DNA from: Clostridia bacterium
GTDB taxonomy: Bacteria; Bacillota; Clostridia; Oscillospirales; CAG-272
NCBI GenBank assembly: GCA_017461475.1
Contig: JAFTXX010000002.1
Coordinates: 17,127-81,126 of the forward strand
Direction of reading: 5' to 3'
DNA: 64,000 nt
Below are positions 9,268-18,224 of the stretch, piece after piece. The notes below the pieces were generated by a model. The model was given only the letters and a program-made list of their open reading frames with translations. It had not been told where the DNA came from and searched no databases. Numbering within the stretch: position 1 is the first letter of the stretch; each line of letters begins with the position of its first letter. Position numbers and translations under genes: made by a program.

Positions 9268-9582
9268 TTACATCAAAACAAGCGCAACCGCGAGCACGAT
9301 TGCGGCAATTGTTCCTACAACGGGAATGCAACAACCGAGACAGCCGCCGCGATAAGGGCGATAACCCCATCCACCGTATCTGTGATGCATTGGGGGTCTG
9401 TGGTGCATAGGCGGTCTGTGACCGAAACCGCCGAAACCTCCGCGTGGTCCGCCAAATCCGCCACGGGGACCTCCCCCGAAACCACCTCTGGGGCCACCGC
9501 CGAAACCGCCACCGCGCGGGCCTCCGCCCATGCCGCCGCGACCTCCGCCACCGCCGTGATGTCCTCCACCTGGTCCTGGCAT
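9268..9582 (-). CDS. Gly/Arg-rich low-complexity protein with a C-terminal transmembrane anchor
   Basis: ATG preceded by ACGGAGGAAAA, with a terminator directly downstream. The sequence contains GGGPRGGF repeated about four times, HRPPMHHRPPMHHR, CLGCC, and then the hydrophobic tail IPVVGTIAAIVLAVALVLM. Confidence 0.65.
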   Translation of the reverse strand: MPGPGGGHHGGGGGRGGMGGGPRGGGFGGGPRGGFGGGPRGGFGGPRGGFGGFGHRPPMHHRPPMHHRYGGWGYRPYRGGCLGCCIPVVGTIAAIVLAVALVLM

Positions 9583-9774
9583 AATATTTTCCTCCGTTTT
9601 CTAAAGATTTTTCTTTGATTAAATTATATCATAAAATCATCGCTTTATTGTGAAATTTTTGAAAAATTTTAAAATTAACATTTTTTTAACATTTTATAAA
9701 TTTTTCAAAAACAAGCCGGAGGTAGAATAAAGCCACAAAACAAAAACAAACAATCACACGAAAGAGGTAACGAA

Positions 9775-10140
9775 ATGAACAACGCAAACGACAAGAACTT
9801 TATCGCACAGAACATACGTGCACAGTACACCGAAAAGAAAATAACCGAACTTGACGAACTTCGTGCACTTGACGCAAAGGTTAAGCGCCCCGCAAATGTG
9901 TTTGCTTACATCTTCGGCAGTGTTTCCGCTATCGTAATGGGCAGCGGCATGAGCCTTGTTATGACCGACATCGGTGCAACACTCGGCATCGCAGGCATGG
10001 TACCCGGCATCGTAATCGGTATTGTCGGTATGCTCATGGCAATTATCAATTACCCCATGTATAAAAAGATCCTTGCTTCGCGCAAGAATAAGTACGCAGA
10101 CAAAATTCTCGCTCTCAGCGACAAAATAATGAATAAATAA
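9775..10140 (+). CDS. small two-transmembrane-segment membrane protein, unknown function (paralog of 18211..18585)
   Basis: AGAGG ribosome-binding site. The N-terminal helix ELDELRALDAKVKRPA is followed by two hydrophobic segments. The nonapeptide PGIVIGIVG is shared with the paralog. Confidence 0.6.
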   Translation: MNNANDKNFIAQNIRAQYTEKKITELDELRALDAKVKRPANVFAYIFGSVSAIVMGSGMSLVMTDIGATLGIAGMVPGIVIGIVGMLMAIINYPMYKKILASRKNKYADKILALSDKIMNK

Positions 10141-10153
10141 GGAGAAAACAAAA

Positions 10154-10402
10154 ATGGCAAACTTTTTCAAAAAAGCATTTGAAGATATGAAGGAAAGCGC
10201 AAAAGCACAGCACGAGGTTGACAAGGCAAACTTTGAAGCGGTAAAAGCCGAGTCAAAGGCAAACTGGGAAGAGGCGAAAGCTATGGGTAACCCCGAGACT
10301 TACAAAAAGATGATGCAAGATGAGCGCGACGCGCAGATTGCCGAGGCAAACAAGCGCAAAGCCGCTGCCGAGGAACGCATCAACAACGCAAAAAACAAGT
10401 AA
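10154..10402 (+). CDS. small Lys/Glu/Ala-rich helical protein, unknown function
   Basis: Starts 13 nt after the previous stop with a GGAGAA ribosome-binding site, and a terminator follows. Confidence 0.5.
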   Translation: MANFFKKAFEDMKESAKAQHEVDKANFEAVKAESKANWEEAKAMGNPETYKKMMQDERDAQIAEANKRKAAAEERINNAKNK

Positions 10403-10409
10403 AAAAGCA

Positions 10410-10440
10410 TAAGCGGGATAACCCCGCTTTTTGCTGTTTT
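10410..10440 (+). terminator. intrinsic terminator
   Basis: gcggg-ataac-cccgc followed by TTTTTGCTGTTTT. Confidence 0.6.
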
Positions 10441-10451
10441 GAGGGAGCGCT

Positions 10452-12014
10452 ATGAAAAAGAAAGTAGAGTATTTTTTAAACGACAAACGTATCGAAAAAG
10501 AAGTAAATTATATCCCCGTGCGTTTTATCCTCGCTATCGCCATAACTCTTGTGGAAATCGCCGCTATAATCGGCATAGTGGTAGCGCTGTGCTATTATGT
10601 TCCGTATTTTTATATTGCGGCATGGCTGACCGAAGTTTTCTGTGTAATAAGGATAATTGCATCTGATGACAACCCTGACTATAAAGTGCCGTGGCTGTTG
10701 TTTGTGCTGATAATCCCCATTGCGGGTTTTATGCTTTACTTTTTGTTCTACTCCAGAAAACTCAAAAGAAAATACGTAAAGCGTCTCCGTGACCTTAAAA
10801 ACAGCACGTATACCAAGGACGACAGCGAGCTTCTTGAAAAACTTTCCGCCGAAAACGCAACGGTTGCAAGCCATGCGAAAATGCTTTGCACCATTGCCGA
10901 GACGCACCTTTTCTGTAGCACTTCCGTGACCTATTTTCCGCTCGGCGAAGATATGTTTGAAAGCCTTATTCGCGACCTTAAAACCGCCGAGAAATTTATT
11001 TACATGGAGTATTTCATCATCGAGGAAGGGAAGTTCTGGAACTCGGTGCTTGAAATACTCAAAGAAAAAGCCGCGGCGGGAGTCAAAGTCAAAGTGCTGT
11101 ACGATGATATCGGCTGTATGTCCACGCTCCCCGGGGACTATTTTAAAATCCTCGCGTCTTACGGTATAGAAGCAAGACCGTTTTCTTTGCTTCGCGGCAA
11201 CGCCGACAGTGAGTTCAACAACCGCAGTCACCGCAAAATTACCGTTATTGACGGCAAGATAGGTTACACCGGCGGCATAAATATAGCCGACGAGTATATT
11301 AACGATATCAAACGGCTTGGACACTGGAAAGACACCGCCGTGCGCCTCGAAGGAGAAGCGGTATGGGAACTCACGAAACTTTTCTATGTCGACTTCGGCA
11401 TTAATGTCAAAAGAATGCCGAAAATCGACGCGGAGCATTTTCCCACGTCTGATATATCGGCAGGCGGCTACGTTATTCCGTTCGGCGACGGGCCGCACCC
11501 GATATACACCCGCCGCATAGGCAAGTCGGTCATACAAAATATGCTGAACTCGGCGACGCGCTATATGTACATGACAACACCGTACCTTATTATTGATAAC
11601 GGACTTTGCACCAGCATAGAAAATGCCGCCATGCGCGGTGTTGACGTAAAAATCATAGTGCCGCATATCCCTGATAAAAAACTTGTATTCGGAATGACAA
11701 GAAGTTTTTATAAAAGACTTATGGACGCGGGCGTAGAAATTTACGAGTACGAACCCGGATTTATCCACGCCAAAAGTTACCTCTGCGACGACGAATACGC
11801 CATGGTAGGCACGATAAACCTTGACTACCGCAGTCTCGTGCATCATTTTGAAAACGGCGTGTGGATGTATAAATGCGACTGCATAGCGGATTTGAAAAAA
11901 GACATAGAAGACACCCTAGCAAAATCAATGAAAGTAACGCCCGAACTTGTTAAAACAAATTTACTGCAGAGGTTTATCCGCTCGGTAGTCAGAATCTTTG
12001 CACCGCTGTTGTAA
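10452..12014 (+). CDS. cls: cardiolipin synthase
   Basis: N-terminal transmembrane helices and two PLD HKD motifs (HRKITVIDGKIGYTGGINIADEY and HAKSYLCDDEYAMVGTINLDYRS). Confidence 0.9.
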   Translation: MKKKVEYFLNDKRIEKEVNYIPVRFILAIAITLVEIAAIIGIVVALCYYVPYFYIAAWLTEVFCVIRIIASDDNPDYKVPWLLFVLIIPIAGFMLYFLFYSRKLKRKYVKRLRDLKNSTYTKDDSELLEKLSAENATVASHAKMLCTIAETHLFCSTSVTYFPLGEDMFESLIRDLKTAEKFIYMEYFIIEEGKFWNSVLEILKEKAAAGVKVKVLYDDIGCMSTLPGDYFKILASYGIEARPFSLLRGNADSEFNNRSHRKITVIDGKIGYTGGINIADEYINDIKRLGHWKDTAVRLEGEAVWELTKLFYVDFGINVKRMPKIDAEHFPTSDISAGGYVIPFGDGPHPIYTRRIGKSVIQNMLNSATRYMYMTTPYLIIDNGLCTSIENAAMRGVDVKIIVPHIPDKKLVFGMTRSFYKRLMDAGVEIYEYEPGFIHAKSYLCDDEYAMVGTINLDYRSLVHHFENGVWMYKCDCIADLKKDIEDTLAKSMKVTPELVKTNLLQRFIRSVVRIFAPLL

Positions 12015-12035
12015 AAAAGTAAAGGAGATATATAA

Positions 12036-12938
12036 ATGAATGCTATTGAAATTCGCGGCTTATCAAAAAGTTTTCGCGGAATGTACGCAGTCGATAATTT
12101 AAATATGACTGTTCCGCAAGGCGCAATTTACGGTTTTATCGGCGAAAACGGTTCCGGTAAGTCCACCACCGAAAAACTCATCTGCGGTCACCTTGTAGCC
12201 GACAAAGGCACTGTCAAACTGTTCGGCAGGGATTACACCGACGCAGGCGTAAGAGTGCGCGTCGGCGCGCTTATCGAAGACCCCGGCTGTTTCCCGAATT
12301 CAAGCGTGTATCAGAATCTGATGATGCAAGCAATCAATCTCGGGCTTGAAAACCGTGATGCTGAGATCCGCCGCGTGCTTAAAATTGTACGCATGGAGAA
12401 TGAAGCCAATATCAAATTCAAGAGTTGTTCCCTTGGTATGAAGCAGAGGATCGGTATCGCTATGGCACTTCTCGGCGATCCCGCTTTGCTCATCCTTGAC
12501 GAACCCATAAACGGTCTCGATACCGACGGTATGAGAATCATGCGCGAAATACTTGTCGATATTACAAAAAATTACAGTTGTACCGTACTTATTTCTTCGC
12601 ACATTCTCGGCGAACTCGAAAAGATTGCCACTCACTACGGCATTATCCGTCAGGGCAAGATGATCATGGAACTTTCCGCGAAAGAAATGGACAGCAGAGC
12701 CCAAACTTTTATATCTCTTAAAACCAAGGATATGAAAGGCGCGAAGGTTGTGCTTGCGGGAAAGTTTGCAGATGTCCGCACCGAAGACGAGTATATCCGT
12801 GTTTACGATGCCTGTGACCCCGAGACCGTCGTGGATTTGCTTTTGAAAAACGGACACGTTGTCAGCGAAATCAGAAAAAACAGAATAGGTCTCGAGGAAT
12901 ACTACATCGAACTGATGTCAAAAAAGGAGGTAAAATAA
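12036..12938 (+). CDS. ABC transporter ATP-binding protein (module 1)
   Basis: Walker A GENGSGKST, signature SLGMKQR, Walker B LILDEP. Visibly very similar along its length to the ATPase at 13783. Confidence 0.85.
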   Translation: MNAIEIRGLSKSFRGMYAVDNLNMTVPQGAIYGFIGENGSGKSTTEKLICGHLVADKGTVKLFGRDYTDAGVRVRVGALIEDPGCFPNSSVYQNLMMQAINLGLENRDAEIRRVLKIVRMENEANIKFKSCSLGMKQRIGIAMALLGDPALLILDEPINGLDTDGMRIMREILVDITKNYSCTVLISSHILGELEKIATHYGIIRQGKMIMELSAKEMDSRAQTFISLKTKDMKGAKVVLAGKFADVRTEDEYIRVYDACDPETVVDLLLKNGHVVSEIRKNRIGLEEYYIELMSKKEVK

Positions 12939-12939
12939 A

Positions 12940-13767
12940 ATGACGCGCGAACTCAAATTTGAATCTCCGAGTTTTTATAAGCGCTTAAAGGGTATGCTCG
13001 GCGTGGACTTTTATCGACTGTTCCATACGCCGATGTATTACATTTTTCTTGCCATAGCCGCAATTATCCCCGCGATGATTTTAGGCACCACGGGAATGAC
13101 CGACCCCACCACAGGCGTCGCCACAGCACCGCTTTACACAAATGTATGGAACATAGTCGCGGCAGATTCTCCTTTGTATGTTGTAAACTCCATTGCGGAT
13201 TACGCCAATATGAACATGGTGTTTATTTTCGGCGGTATAATGGTTTCAATTTTCATCGGACGCGATTACAAGAGCGGATATGTAAAACAACTTTTTACCA
13301 CTCACCCGAAAAAGCAGGACTACATGATGTCAAAAACAATAGTCTGCGCTTTCGCCATGGCATGCATGTGCATTACTTATTTGCTAGGCGCGGTAGCCGC
13401 GGGACTTCTTACGGGAGTTTCCTTTGAAGTAAATGTCGGCTCGCTGATTTGCGCCGTTTTAGGCAAAATTATTATGAGCCTCGGCTGGGCAAGCCTTTAT
13501 ACATTCTTAAACGTTATTTTCAGAAAATATTTCGGCGTTTCCATTGCGTCAAGTTTCTTTTTCGGTACTGGAATTATGATTATCGGCGCCGCGGCGATTA
13601 TAGGCAACAACTCCGCGCTCAACATTTTTCTGTACGGTTCCTCGGTTTTTGCATGCCTTTCGGGCAATATCGTGACAGTGCTTGTATGCCTTGCGTGTTC
13701 GGTTGCTTGGGCAATTGTTTACAACGTACTTGGCACAAAACTCCTCTCAAAGAGCGACGTATATTAA
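12940..13767 (+). CDS. ABC-2 type permease (module 1)
   Basis: 275-aa polytopic membrane protein. Its ATG lies 1 nt after the ATPase stop. Confidence 0.7.
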   Translation: MTRELKFESPSFYKRLKGMLGVDFYRLFHTPMYYIFLAIAAIIPAMILGTTGMTDPTTGVATAPLYTNVWNIVAADSPLYVVNSIADYANMNMVFIFGGIMVSIFIGRDYKSGYVKQLFTTHPKKQDYMMSKTIVCAFAMACMCITYLLGAVAAGLLTGVSFEVNVGSLICAVLGKIIMSLGWASLYTFLNVIFRKYFGVSIASSFFFGTGIMIIGAAAIIGNNSALNIFLYGSSVFACLSGNIVTVLVCLACSVAWAIVYNVLGTKLLSKSDVY

Positions 13768-13782
13768 GAAAGGAGAATGAAA

Positions 13783-14682
13783 ATGAACGCAGTTGAAATA
13801 AGAAATCTTTCCAAAAACTTCGGTAAAAAGCAGGCAGTAAACGGTCTTGATATGACTGTGCCTATGGGCGCAATTTACGGTTTTATCGGAGAAAACGGTT
13901 CGGGAAAATCCACCACGGAGAAAATGATTTGCGGACTTATACCCAAAAGCGGCGGAATCGTCAAACTTTACGGCAGAGATCATACAGACGAGAGCGTAAG
14001 AGCAAAAATCGGCGTGCTCATCGAGTCTCCCGGCTGTTTTTCCGGTCTTTCGGTTTGGGACAATATGATGCTTCAAGCGGCAAACCTCGGTGTTAAAGAC
14101 GCTCAAAAAGAGGTCGTAAGAATTCTCAAAACTGTCAGAATGGAAGGTGCCGCGGGCAATAAATACAAAAACTGCTCCCTCGGTATGAAACAGAGAATAG
14201 GTATCGCAATGGCACTTCTCGGAAGTCCCACTTTGCTTGTTCTCGATGAACCTCTTAACGGTCTTGATGCCGATGGTATGAGAATTATGCGAGAGGTGCT
14301 GACGGACATTGTCAAAGACGGCAAGCGCAGCATCGTCGTGTCTTCGCATCTGCTCGGTGAACTCCAAAAGGTAGCCACCCACTACGGCATTATCCGCCAC
14401 GGAAAAATGATATGCGAGATGACCGCCGATGAACTTGATGCAAACTGCCGCACCTATGTTGCTCTAAAAGCAAAGAATATGAGCCGTGCTAAGTCCTTAC
14501 TTGGCTGTAAGTATTCACGCGTGGAAGAAGACGAAGCCGAATATATCCGCGTTTACGATATGACAACCCCCGAGGAAATCGTCACATATCTTTACGGAAA
14601 CGGTATATGTGTAATAGAACTTAAGACAGACAAAATAGGTCTCGAAGAATACTACATCGATCTTATGAAGGAGGGAAGATAA
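13783..14682 (+). CDS. ABC transporter ATP-binding protein (module 2)
   Basis: Paralog of 12036..12938 (MNAVEIRNLSK compared with MNAIEIRGLSK). The ATG at 13783 is better spaced from the AAAGGAGA ribosome-binding site than the one at 13777. Confidence 0.85.
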   Translation: MNAVEIRNLSKNFGKKQAVNGLDMTVPMGAIYGFIGENGSGKSTTEKMICGLIPKSGGIVKLYGRDHTDESVRAKIGVLIESPGCFSGLSVWDNMMLQAANLGVKDAQKEVVRILKTVRMEGAAGNKYKNCSLGMKQRIGIAMALLGSPTLLVLDEPLNGLDADGMRIMREVLTDIVKDGKRSIVVSSHLLGELQKVATHYGIIRHGKMICEMTADELDANCRTYVALKAKNMSRAKSLLGCKYSRVEEDEAEYIRVYDMTTPEEIVTYLYGNGICVIELKTDKIGLEEYYIDLMKEGR

Positions 14683-14683
14683 A

Positions 14684-15502
14684 ATGGAAAACGCAGTAAA
14701 TTTTGAAACTGTCGGATTTGGCAAAAGGCTGAAAAGCATGCTGAAAGTGGATTTTCAAAGAATGTTCAAGTCTAAACTCTTTTACATTCTTATCGTCTGC
14801 GCGCTCATAATTCCCATACTTATTACGGTAATGATGACAATGATGGATGGCTCCGTTTCCGTAGACCCGCAAACGGGAGTTGAAACCGTAATGCAGGGAC
14901 CCGAAAACGCATGGCAGTCCATAGGCACTCTGCCCACTGATGGCGGTGAGACAATGGGCGGCATGGATGTTATGAGTATGTGCAACATCAATATGATGTT
15001 TATGCTTGCGGCTGTGTTTATCTGTCTTTTCATCTCGGATGACTTCAAAAGCGGATACGCAAAGAACCTATTTACCGTTCGCTCAAAAAAGGGCGATTAT
15101 GTCGTTTCCAAAACTCTCGCAGGCTTTGTCTCGGGAGCGCTTATGTTGATATTTTACTTTGTCGGCGCAATGCTCGGCGGCGCTATCTCGGGGCTTTCTT
15201 TTGACCTTGGAACACTCACCGCAGGCAACATTGCTATGTGCATTATGGCCAAGGTGTTTTTGATGCTCGTATTTGTGTCAATTTTCGTTCTCGTATCGGT
15301 TGCCGCAAAGCAAAAGGCATGGCTTGCGATCTGCGGCTCACTCGGCGCGGGCATGCTGCTCTTTATGATGGTTTCCATGATTACCCCGCTTGGCTCAACC
15401 GTTATGAATGTTGTTCTGTGCTTTGCAGGCGGCTTGCTTTTTGCCTTTAGTCTCGGCGCTGTAAGCAATACGGTCTTGAATAAAACACATTTGATATATT
15501 AA
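14684..15502 (+). CDS. ABC-2 type permease (module 2)
   Basis: 272-aa polytopic membrane protein. It shares the N-terminal layout of the module 1 permease (F(E/K)..(F/Y)KRLK.MLKVDF) but is much more diverged than the two ATPases are from each other. Confidence 0.7.
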   Translation: MENAVNFETVGFGKRLKSMLKVDFQRMFKSKLFYILIVCALIIPILITVMMTMMDGSVSVDPQTGVETVMQGPENAWQSIGTLPTDGGETMGGMDVMSMCNINMMFMLAAVFICLFISDDFKSGYAKNLFTVRSKKGDYVVSKTLAGFVSGALMLIFYFVGAMLGGAISGLSFDLGTLTAGNIAMCIMAKVFLMLVFVSIFVLVSVAAKQKAWLAICGSLGAGMLLFMMVSMITPLGSTVMNVVLCFAGGLLFAFSLGAVSNTVLNKTHLIY

Positions 15503-15503
15503 A

Positions 15504-15542
15504 AACACAGAAATGTTAACACATTGTTAACATTTCTGTGTT
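15504..15542. promoter_or_regulatory. perfect 18-bp-arm inverted repeat containing two TGTTAACA octamers
   Basis: aacacagaaatgttaaca-cat-tgttaacatttctgtgtt. It sits in the 76-bp gap between the ABC genes and the two-component system. There is no T-run on the + strand. Confidence 0.5.
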
Positions 15543-15578
15543 ATACTGTAAGGGAAATCTAAACTCGGAGGACGCGAA

Positions 15579-16250
15579 ATGTTCAAAATATTAGTCGTGG
15601 AAGATGACAGAGAACTCAACCGCTCGGTATGCCAGTTTTTAAACGGCAGCGGTTATGAGGCGACGGGGTGCCTCGGCGCCGAGGAAGCATACGACGCGAT
15701 GTATGATAATATGTTTGACCTTATCGTGTCCGATATAATGATGCCCGATATCGACGGCTTTGAATTTGCAAAAACCGTGCGTCAGTTAAATGCAGAGATT
15801 CCGATACTGTTTATGACCGCACGCGATGATTTTGCGTCCAAACAGCGCGGCTACCGTGTCGGAATTGACGATTACATGGTAAAGCCTATTGACCTTGATG
15901 AACTTTTTTTGCGCATAGGCGCACTTCTTCGCCGCGCTAAGATAGCATCCAGCCGCACACTCACCGTCGGCAATTTCAGAATGGATATGGATGAGCATAC
16001 CGCATATCTCGGCGAAGAGGAAATATCGCTCACCGCAAGGGAATTCAGCCTGCTTTATAAACTGCTCTCATACCCTAAAAAGACGTTCACCCGCACACAA
16101 CTTATGGACGAATTTTGGGATGCCGATACAGCATCGGGCCCCCGCACAGTTGATGTGTACATGACAAAACTCCGTGCAAAACTTGCCGATTGCAATGATT
16201 TTGAAATTGTCACCGTCCACGGACTCGGTTACAAGGCGGTGATAAAGTGA
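15579..16250 (+). CDS. OmpR-family response regulator
   Basis: Receiver domain (FDLIVSDIMMPDIDG) plus a winged-helix output domain (TVDVYMTKLRAKL, VHGLGYK). Confidence 0.9.
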   Translation: MFKILVVEDDRELNRSVCQFLNGSGYEATGCLGAEEAYDAMYDNMFDLIVSDIMMPDIDGFEFAKTVRQLNAEIPILFMTARDDFASKQRGYRVGIDDYMVKPIDLDELFLRIGALLRRAKIASSRTLTVGNFRMDMDEHTAYLGEEEISLTAREFSLLYKLLSYPKKTFTRTQLMDEFWDADTASGPRTVDVYMTKLRAKLADCNDFEIVTVHGLGYKAVIK

Positions 16251-17320
16251 AAAAAGGGAATAGGTTTACAAGCGTTTTAGTATTTGTGCATTACTTTCTC
16301 GTCTTTTTCCTCGTTGTGGCATTTCTTATCACATGCTGTACCATGCTGTTTGTGTCAACGCTTTCTTCGACTTTAAATCTCACCCTTACAAATGAAAATC
16401 TTGCCGCGGCAGCGAAACTTACTTTTTTAAATGTTATGCTTCTCAGCCTTGTTTTCACCGTGGCGGATGTCATACGCCGCAAGATAACTGTTGACCGCCC
16501 CGCAAAGCGTATTACAGATGCGGCTGAGCAGATAATGAAGGGCGATTTCAATGTGAGAATAGAGCTGCAAGGTAAATACGGCTCGGCGGACAGATGGAAC
16601 GAGGTTACCGAGTGTTTCAACAAAATGGCGGAAGAACTTTCAAGTGTTGAGACATTGCGCACCGATTTTATCGCAAATGTCTCACATGAAATGAAAACCC
16701 CGCTTGCCGTAATGCAGAATTACGGTACACTTTTGCAGGCCTCCGACCTTTCCGACGAAAAGCGCATTGAGTATGCAAAGGCGGTCACCGACTCATCGCG
16801 TCGACTCGCCGACATGATGACAAATATCTTAAAACTCAACCGCCTTGAAAATCAGCAGATATATCCCAAAACTGAGGAATACGACCTCGGCGAACAGCTA
16901 TGCGAATGTCTTTTGCAGTATGAAAACGTCTGGGAAAGCAAAAATATCGAAATTGAAACCGACATTTCCGAAAATGTCAGCGTCTACGCCGACCGCGAAC
17001 TTTTGTCGCTCGTGTGGAACAACCTTTTTTCCAATGCGTTCAAATTTACTGATGACGGCGGCAAAGTAACGGTTACTTTAACTGCAACAAAGTATCACGC
17101 CACAGTGAAAGTTAAAGATAGCGGATGTGGCATGTCGCCCGAAATCGGTGCGCATATATTTGAAAAATTCTATCAGGGTGACACTTCGCACGCAAGCGCG
17201 GGCAACGGTCTCGGACTTGCTCTTGTCAAGCGCGTCGTCGATATTACGCACGGCGAAATAAGCGTGGAAAGCTCCCTCGGAGAGGGAAGTACCTTTACCG
17301 TTCGCATACGGAGATACTGA
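16247..17320 (+). CDS. sensor histidine kinase
   Basis: Two N-terminal transmembrane segments, H-box SHEMKTPL, N-box NLFSNAFKF and G-box GNGLGLALVK. The GTG start overlaps the response regulator stop. Confidence 0.85.
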   Translation: MKKGNRFTSVLVFVHYFLVFFLVVAFLITCCTMLFVSTLSSTLNLTLTNENLAAAAKLTFLNVMLLSLVFTVADVIRRKITVDRPAKRITDAAEQIMKGDFNVRIELQGKYGSADRWNEVTECFNKMAEELSSVETLRTDFIANVSHEMKTPLAVMQNYGTLLQASDLSDEKRIEYAKAVTDSSRRLADMMTNILKLNRLENQQIYPKTEEYDLGEQLCECLLQYENVWESKNIEIETDISENVSVYADRELLSLVWNNLFSNAFKFTDDGGKVTVTLTATKYHATVKVKDSGCGMSPEIGAHIFEKFYQGDTSHASAGNGLGLALVKRVVDITHGEISVESSLGEGSTFTVRIRRY

Positions 17321-17321
17321 T

Positions 17322-18224
17322 ATGGATTACAAGAAATACTTCAAAAAACTGCTGTTTCCGCCGATATGGGTAATGATTTTACTCACGGTATTCAGCGCAG
17401 TAGCACTTGCACTCGTGTTTATAAAAGATCTTTCCGAAAATCCTCTTGCATACGCTGTGTATGTTGTCGCGTTTTATACCGTTAGTGTCGTTACTGTATT
17501 TTTCGCAATGGTTCTGCCAAAGCGTTATAAGGAAATCAAGCAAAAGATTTACGAAAATCCGCTCGGCAACAGATACATGACCGACGCAGTTTTTCGCACA
17601 CATGTCTCGCTTTACGCATCGCTTGCGGTAAACCTTTTGTACGTAGGCACAAATGCGGTGTCATATGCTCTTTACCGTTCTAATTGGTTTGGCTGCCTTG
17701 CAGTGTATTATTTAACCCTTGCGATAATGCGATTTCTGCTTGTACGTTATGTCAACAGAAACGGCATAGGAGCAAACCGCTTAGGCGAACTCAAACGTGC
17801 GAGACTTTGCTCGTTCATTCTTCTTACCCTCAATTTTGCCTTGTCAGGCGCGGTGCTTATGATACTGTACCAAAACAAAGGCTTTGAATACCACGGCATG
17901 CTGATCTATATTATGGCGATGTACACATTCTATATCACGACCACCGCGATAATAAACTTGTTCAAATACCGCAAGTATAAAAGCCCTGTAATGATGATAA
18001 CAAAGATAATCACGTTTTCAGCCGCACTGGTTTCAATGCTGTCGCTTGAAACCGCAATGTTTTCTCAGTTCGGTGCGGACATGGCGGCGGAAGATAAAAG
18101 ACTTATGATAATGCTTACAGGTGCGGGCGTAAGCATTGCGGTTATAACTATGTCGGTCTATATGATAGTGCGCACCACCCGCGAAATTAAACTCACAGGA
18201 GTAAAACACAATGGAGAACAATAA
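17322..18224 (+). CDS. polytopic membrane protein, unknown function
   Basis: 300 aa with multiple hydrophobic helices. It starts 1 nt after the kinase stop. Confidence 0.55.
   Translation: MDYKKYFKKLLFPPIWVMILLTVFSAVALALVFIKDLSENPLAYAVYVVAFYTVSVVTVFFAMVLPKRYKEIKQKIYENPLGNRYMTDAVFRTHVSLYASLAVNLLYVGTNAVSYALYRSNWFGCLAVYYLTLAIMRFLLVRYVNRNGIGANRLGELKRARLCSFILLTLNFALSGAVLMILYQNKGFEYHGMLIYIMAMYTFYITTTAIINLFKYRKYKSPVMMITKIITFSAALVSMLSLETAMFSQFGADMAAEDKRLMIMLTGAGVSIAVITMSVYMIVRTTREIKLTGVKHNGEQ

Noticed and set aside
9187-9618. 143-aa + strand ORF and 84-aa minus-strand ORF overlapping the Gly-rich gene.
   Set aside because: The + strand ORF includes the terminator hairpin and has no ribosome-binding site. 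The alternative minus-strand frame has no start context. Only the 9268-9582 frame has a ribosome-binding site, an ATG and a terminator. Low-complexity GC-rich repeats keep all three frames open.
10476-11846. 456-aa minus-strand ORF opposite cls. The same applies to 5849-6736 and 7133-8071 opposite the sigma-fusion gene, 43257-44096 opposite the agr-like genes, and 29827-30543 opposite the SDR gene.
   Set aside because: These are shadow ORFs with no ribosome-binding sites or recognisable motifs. The sense-strand genes carry clear catalytic motifs.
15504-15542. Reading the 39-bp palindrome as a plain rho-independent terminator for the ABC operon.
   Set aside because: No U-tract follows it on the + strand; the A-run precedes it, which would suit only a minus-strand transcript, and no gene would supply one. 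It is kept as a candidate operator or processing hairpin instead.
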